From assembly GCF_009914755.1 (NCBI RefSeq), contig NC_060926.1: DNA of 64,000 nt; one strand, 5' to 3'. Shown here piece by piece: positions 59,767 through 64,000 of the stretch. The position numbers and the translations under genes were made by a program. This DNA comes from the human T2T-CHM13v2.0 reference genome, Homo sapiens. Position 1 is the stretch's first letter. Each line of letters starts with the position of its first letter. The notes beneath the pieces are model-generated. The model made no database searches and was not told the DNA's origin. It saw only the letters and a program-made list of their open reading frames with translations.

Positions 59767-60836
59767 CTGCAAATGGGTCCAAGGCCGTGTGTGCTGGCTG
59801 CTCCTTTTGAGAGCTGGACCTCGGGCATCTTCCTAGTCTGCCCCTTCTAATTCCTCCAGGCAGTTCCCTTCATGGAAATTATTAATCTGCGGGCTTTTTC
59901 TTTTGAAGAAACGCTAAAGAAAACACCAGAGGACTCTGTGTTTCCCTCTGGGAGTCTCAGCAGTCTTTCAGCCTCCATGGGTTTCTGCCCTGTGGCCTGG
60001 AGTCAGGGTGCCACGTCGAGCTTGCTTCTGACTCTGCCCTCAGCTAGTTCTAACAGAGTTCCCAGGCCATCTGGAATGAGGTGTCAAGTCCTGGCCTGCA
60101 CTCACAAGTGCAATTAAGACCAGTCTTTTTAAAAACAACTGTTAAAGGCAAAGGAGAATTTGGATCTCATCATATAAAACAGTTTTAAGCAATCAACTAC
60201 TGGTGATTTGATTCATGAATATGTAATTTCAAAGCATTTACCATTTTGAACAAAGAGAGATTCCTTTACAAATACATATGGCAAAAACGTTTTTTGGGGT
60301 GTTTATTTTGGGGTGTTCTAGTCAGGAAGGGTACCAGGGGTTGGGGAGGTATAATTCTCCCATGCTCTCAACAGGAAAGGAGAATCAGTTATGGGGAAGC
60401 ACTGGGATCTTCATCAGTAGAGAAGCAAAAATATAAAAAAGGGGTTGGCTTTGACTGCTTTTTTGAATTTCTCTTTGACAACGGAAACTTCAGCTGTGGA
60501 TTGAAAAGACGGACTCCGTTTCCCACTGCTTTCTCTAACATCTTTTCACTATGGTTTTAACAGTTGCCATGTCAGCTTATGCATAGATGGACACATCTTT
60601 GAAAAGGTGCCACTCTTGGGCAATGAGCAAGAGGGATCCACTGTTTACTTGCTTTCCCTCCTGGCTTAACTGTGCTTTGCCCACCCTCCCTTCCCAGCCA
60701 GGCTAGTGCTGCCAGAACATTTGGGTTCTGCAAATGGGTCCAAGGCCATGTGTGCTGGCTGCTGCTTTTGAGAGCTGGACTGCGGGCACCTTCCCAGTCT
60801 GCCTCTTCTAATTCCTCCATGCAGTTCCCTTCATGG
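59767..60836 (+). repeat. 109-bp dispersed direct repeat (59767-59875 and 60728-60836)
   Basis: Ungapped by-eye alignment with 8 mismatches in 109 nt; offset 961 bp. Confidence 0.92.
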
Positions 60837-62125
60837 GCAATGAGTTGTGTCAGAACCTCACTGGGCAGCATTGGAAGTCATAAGCAGGTGCTGTTGAGTC
60901 AAGTCCATATATTTATTGAACAGCTACTGTGTGTTCAGAACTGTCCCAGATGCTGGGGAGAGGGAGATAGGTCAGGGGGTCCCCTACCATTTTAGAGCTT
61001 ATGATCCTGGTAGGAGAGAACAGAGTGGTGCAGAAATGCCTACACATCTGGCAGGATGTGGTGATGATTGAATGAAGACAAACAAACGGAAGGTGCCGAA
61101 AGCTGAAGAGTTTGAATTGGGAAGAGTTCTTCCATTGGTTCTATCGGGGTTGACCTAGCATTACAAGAGTGAGTAAGACTTCTGGTTGATGTAGGTGATG
61201 GGAGAGAGCCTTTCAGTGCAAATTACCAAGGTTAGCAGAGCTATAGTAGTGAAAAGGTACAGCCTTTTTGGTCCCCATGCTTAGAAGTAAACCTCTACTT
61301 ACCCGTATCTATCAGTGATGTGTCTTCCTGGTTTCCTCATGGGGAATATTGAAGCTCTTTCATTACCTTTAGGTTGCTGGTTCCTTGAGATCAAGGACTA
61401 TGTATTTTTCTCCCTTTATTACTACTCATGATGCCTGGGAGAATGCTTTCTTATGTAGTGATTGAAATTCTTGTATCATTACAAACTGTGTTTTTGGTAA
61501 GTTTGCATCCCTAAGAAACTCTTTTCAGTAACGATTTCCACAGTCCTTCATATGATCTTGAAATATGATGCCTACATCTTTGTTTACCTGCCCAGATATT
61601 GATCAGTATGGTAACTCTGCTCCAGTGGTTGCTTGTGTGTTTCAATCACGCATGATTCTTATTGGCCACATTGGGGCAGGAGGCGGCACATTAGAGGGAA
61701 GAAAAGGAGCACCCAAAGGCTGATCAGAAGAAGCCAAACCAGCCTAGTTGGTGGGGAAGTTAGTAAAGGTGGCAACAAGTTATATATGGGCATAAAAAAA
61801 AAAAGACAATAAGCCCTTGAGATACTGTGTAAGCCTAAATGATGCAAATTATGGAGCACGATGGAAGGAAAAATACAAGTGGGAAGATTATCAAGAAGCC
61901 TCAAAATGAGTCAAATCAGATTCATGGCTGAACCACTCTAAAAATATTTACTTGACGTTGAAATTTAGTACTGACAGCTGAAGTTGAAAAATCTTTGTTA
62001 TATTTCTGTTTTGTGTTAAAATGAAGATGACACCCAAGCTATCACTTTGTTCCCTTGGAATCCTAGGGTACACATGCCTTGTCACGTCAGAATGATTGAT
62101 TTTTCCTTTGGCTTTCTCACTACAG

Positions 62126-62217
62126 GAAATACCAGAAATAGCCCACCACCCTACGGGTTTCATCTCTCACCAGAAGAAATGAGGAGACAGCGGCTTCACA
62201 GATTCGATAGCCAGTGA
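62126..62217 (+). CDS. RHBDD1: Terminal coding exon of rhomboid-related protein 4 (RHBDL4); encodes (G)NTRNSPPPYGFHLSPEEMRRQRLHRFDSQ* including the VCP/p97-binding motif
   Basis: Polypyrimidine acceptor ttttcctttggctttctcactacag|GA at 62125/62126 (phase 1). Codons run from AAT at 62128 to TGA at 62215-62217. The peptide matches the RHBDD1 C-terminus as I recall it (EEMRRQRLHRF is the VBM). Too short for the ORF track. Confidence 0.95.
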
Positions 62218-63204
62218 GGTGGCATCTTGGGAAGACATGGCCTATTCGTGTAATTATTGCCCATTTGGCTCATTCCCCAAGCCCCTAATTCATTTTAATT
62301 CATTTTAAACAAAAGCAGAGTACACCGGTATTGCTCCAGATCGCTCACATCACCTGGGACAGTCCCATGGCCCCTATGAGTCAACTCACAGCTTGCGGGG
62401 AGTGGGCCTTCTCCTGGCCTTGTTCTTGCTCATAAACAGGTCACTTCCTCCATGAAGAGACCAGTTTCCACGCTCCCATCTCTCACTGCTGACTCAGCGA
62501 TGCCTCTGCCTCGGTCTGCTTTTGAAGACTGTGACCTTCACCAGGAGGTTTTACTTACACCAGTCGGGAAGATTAGTCCCTCATTCTGCCTGGAGTGCCC
62601 CGTGTTTGACTTGGCAGCGGGTGTGGAGCCATCCCCGCGTCCTCCTGGCGCATTGCCACTGTGGCTGTCCAGGAACAGGATGTGGCTGCCTTGGCCGAAT
62701 GTTGTCCTACTCTCCCCAACCCCGGCGCCTCAGCTCCTCAGCTCCTCGGGCCCCTGCGTCTGGCTGGTGTTTGCAGGGCTTTCGCTCTGCTCTGGTATTG
62801 CTCTGCCTTTATAGAAAGTCTTATTGAAGAAGTGTAAGAAAGACCTAAGGTGGGGAAGACTCCTACACACACCATTAGTATCAGTGACACCAGCAATGTA
62901 GGTTCCCAGCCCCTTCCCAGTGGCAGCTTGTGTGTCCAGGAGATAGGACATCATTTAACGCATCAGCAAAGTAGCAGCAGATGCCACATACAGAGTAGAG
63001 CGAAGGCATTTGGTGGATCGGTCACTAGAGATCTATCTTGCAGAAAGTATGTTTTTCCTCATAAAAGTGCCTCTTAATTGGCCATTGTACCAGCCACTTG
63101 TCCTAGCCAAATGTCCAAAACACGCCCTTGGGCCCCGCCACGTTACAATCCACAGATTGTCTGTCTGAGTCGTTTAAGGCATTTCCTGGTGCTTGTGTTC
63201 CATG

Positions 63205-63210
63205 AATAAA
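63205..63210 (+). terminator. Candidate proximal polyadenylation signal
   Basis: First AATAAA after the stop, outside repeats, followed by a modestly GT/T-rich stretch (tgatgtcttactgtc). Confidence 0.4.
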
Positions 63211-63334
63211 AGGACAAAGTCAGAAGATCACTGATGTCTTACTGTCAACAGAGATATTTTAAAAGAGAGAAGCAGGAAAAGATCTTCCTTTTTTGATCTA
63301 CAACTTATATAGTTTTCTGATTATGCACATAATA

Positions 63335-63700
63335 GATATGCCTTCCAGATGCATAAGGCAAACATCTGGAAAGAAATATACCCAAATCTTAGCAGGGGTT
63401 ATCTTTGGGAGTGGAGTACATGGGATTTTGCTTTCTTCATTTTTATAATTTTATATTACTGTCTTGGAAGATGTGTTTATGTGTGTGTGTTACTTTTACA
63501 ATCAGGAAAACATATTTAATAACATATAGTCAAGAAAACAGACTTAAAAATAAATACTATGTGTCCATTGAGAAAATTCACAATATAAACAGAAATACAA
63601 ATAAATACATACACAATTTTAAAGTCACCTGTAGCCCTACCCTTAGAGGTACCCAGGGTTAACATTTTGGTGGTATTGTCTTATCAATTTTTCCGTTGAT
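63335..63700. mobile_element. Ancient L1ME-like fragments in the 3' UTR
   Basis: ctggaaagaaatatacccaaa...ggggttatctttggg...tacttttacaatcaggaaaa. Confidence 0.45.
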
Positions 63701-64000
63701 ACATTCAGCAAATTTGGAGCACATTGACCATGGAGTTTTGTGTCCAAATCCAATCTGAATTTACCTGGAAGAGGCCTTGACACCTGCATGGAAATGAGCT
63801 AAGAAAACCACTGGAGCCTTGGGAGCTCTTTGGCCTCCTGGCTGGCCCAGTAATATCTGAGCTCCTTTGGTTAATTTATAACTGATATAAAACTACATCT
63901 TCTTTATAATATAAATTGTACCTGTGAGTCTAGAAGCTTTAAATGTGTTTAAATTAAAATATTCAAGCTAAATGTTACTGCTCTCTCCCAAATTCTGTAA

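Larger units (their letters stand above)
62218..64000 (+). other. RHBDD1: RHBDD1 3' UTR (probably continues past the window)
   Basis: Follows the stop codon. AATAAA at 63205-63210, 63549-63554 and 63600-63605; ATTAAA at 63953-63958. Confidence 0.8.

Noticed and set aside
62452-62827. 120- and 101-aa ORFs after the RHBDD1 stop
   Set aside because: They lie in a GC-rich 3' UTR with no recognisable homology; chance ORFs.

Overview
Primate, very probably human, DNA with no prokaryotic features. Most of the window (1-62125) is the 3' part of the very long last intron of RHBDD1 (RHBDL4, ER rhomboid protease, + strand, 2q36.3 by recall). It is followed by the terminal coding exon (62126-62217; ...NTRNSPPPYGFHLSPEEMRRQRLHRFDSQ*, carrying the VCP/p97-binding motif) and the first ~1.8 kb of 3' UTR. 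The intron is dense in L1, L2, MIR, Alu, MaLR/ERV LTRs and DNA transposons, and almost all ORF-track entries are repeat-derived or spurious. Main points of interest: (1) a polyadenylated SNORA48 H/ACA snoRNA retrocopy with intact boxes; (2) three 5'-inverted L1s, one a young L1PA2-like copy nested in another so that it creates a ~0.9 kb inverted repeat; (3) two phase-compatible cryptic exons that would replace the p97-binding tail; (4) an L1 with a duplicated 3'-transduction tag; (5) several templated insertions and local duplications. I see no convincing wholly new biological system; the best leads are regulatory or mutational-mechanism hypotheses. Repeat subfamily calls come from remembered consensus sequences and need RepeatMasker/Dfam confirmation.
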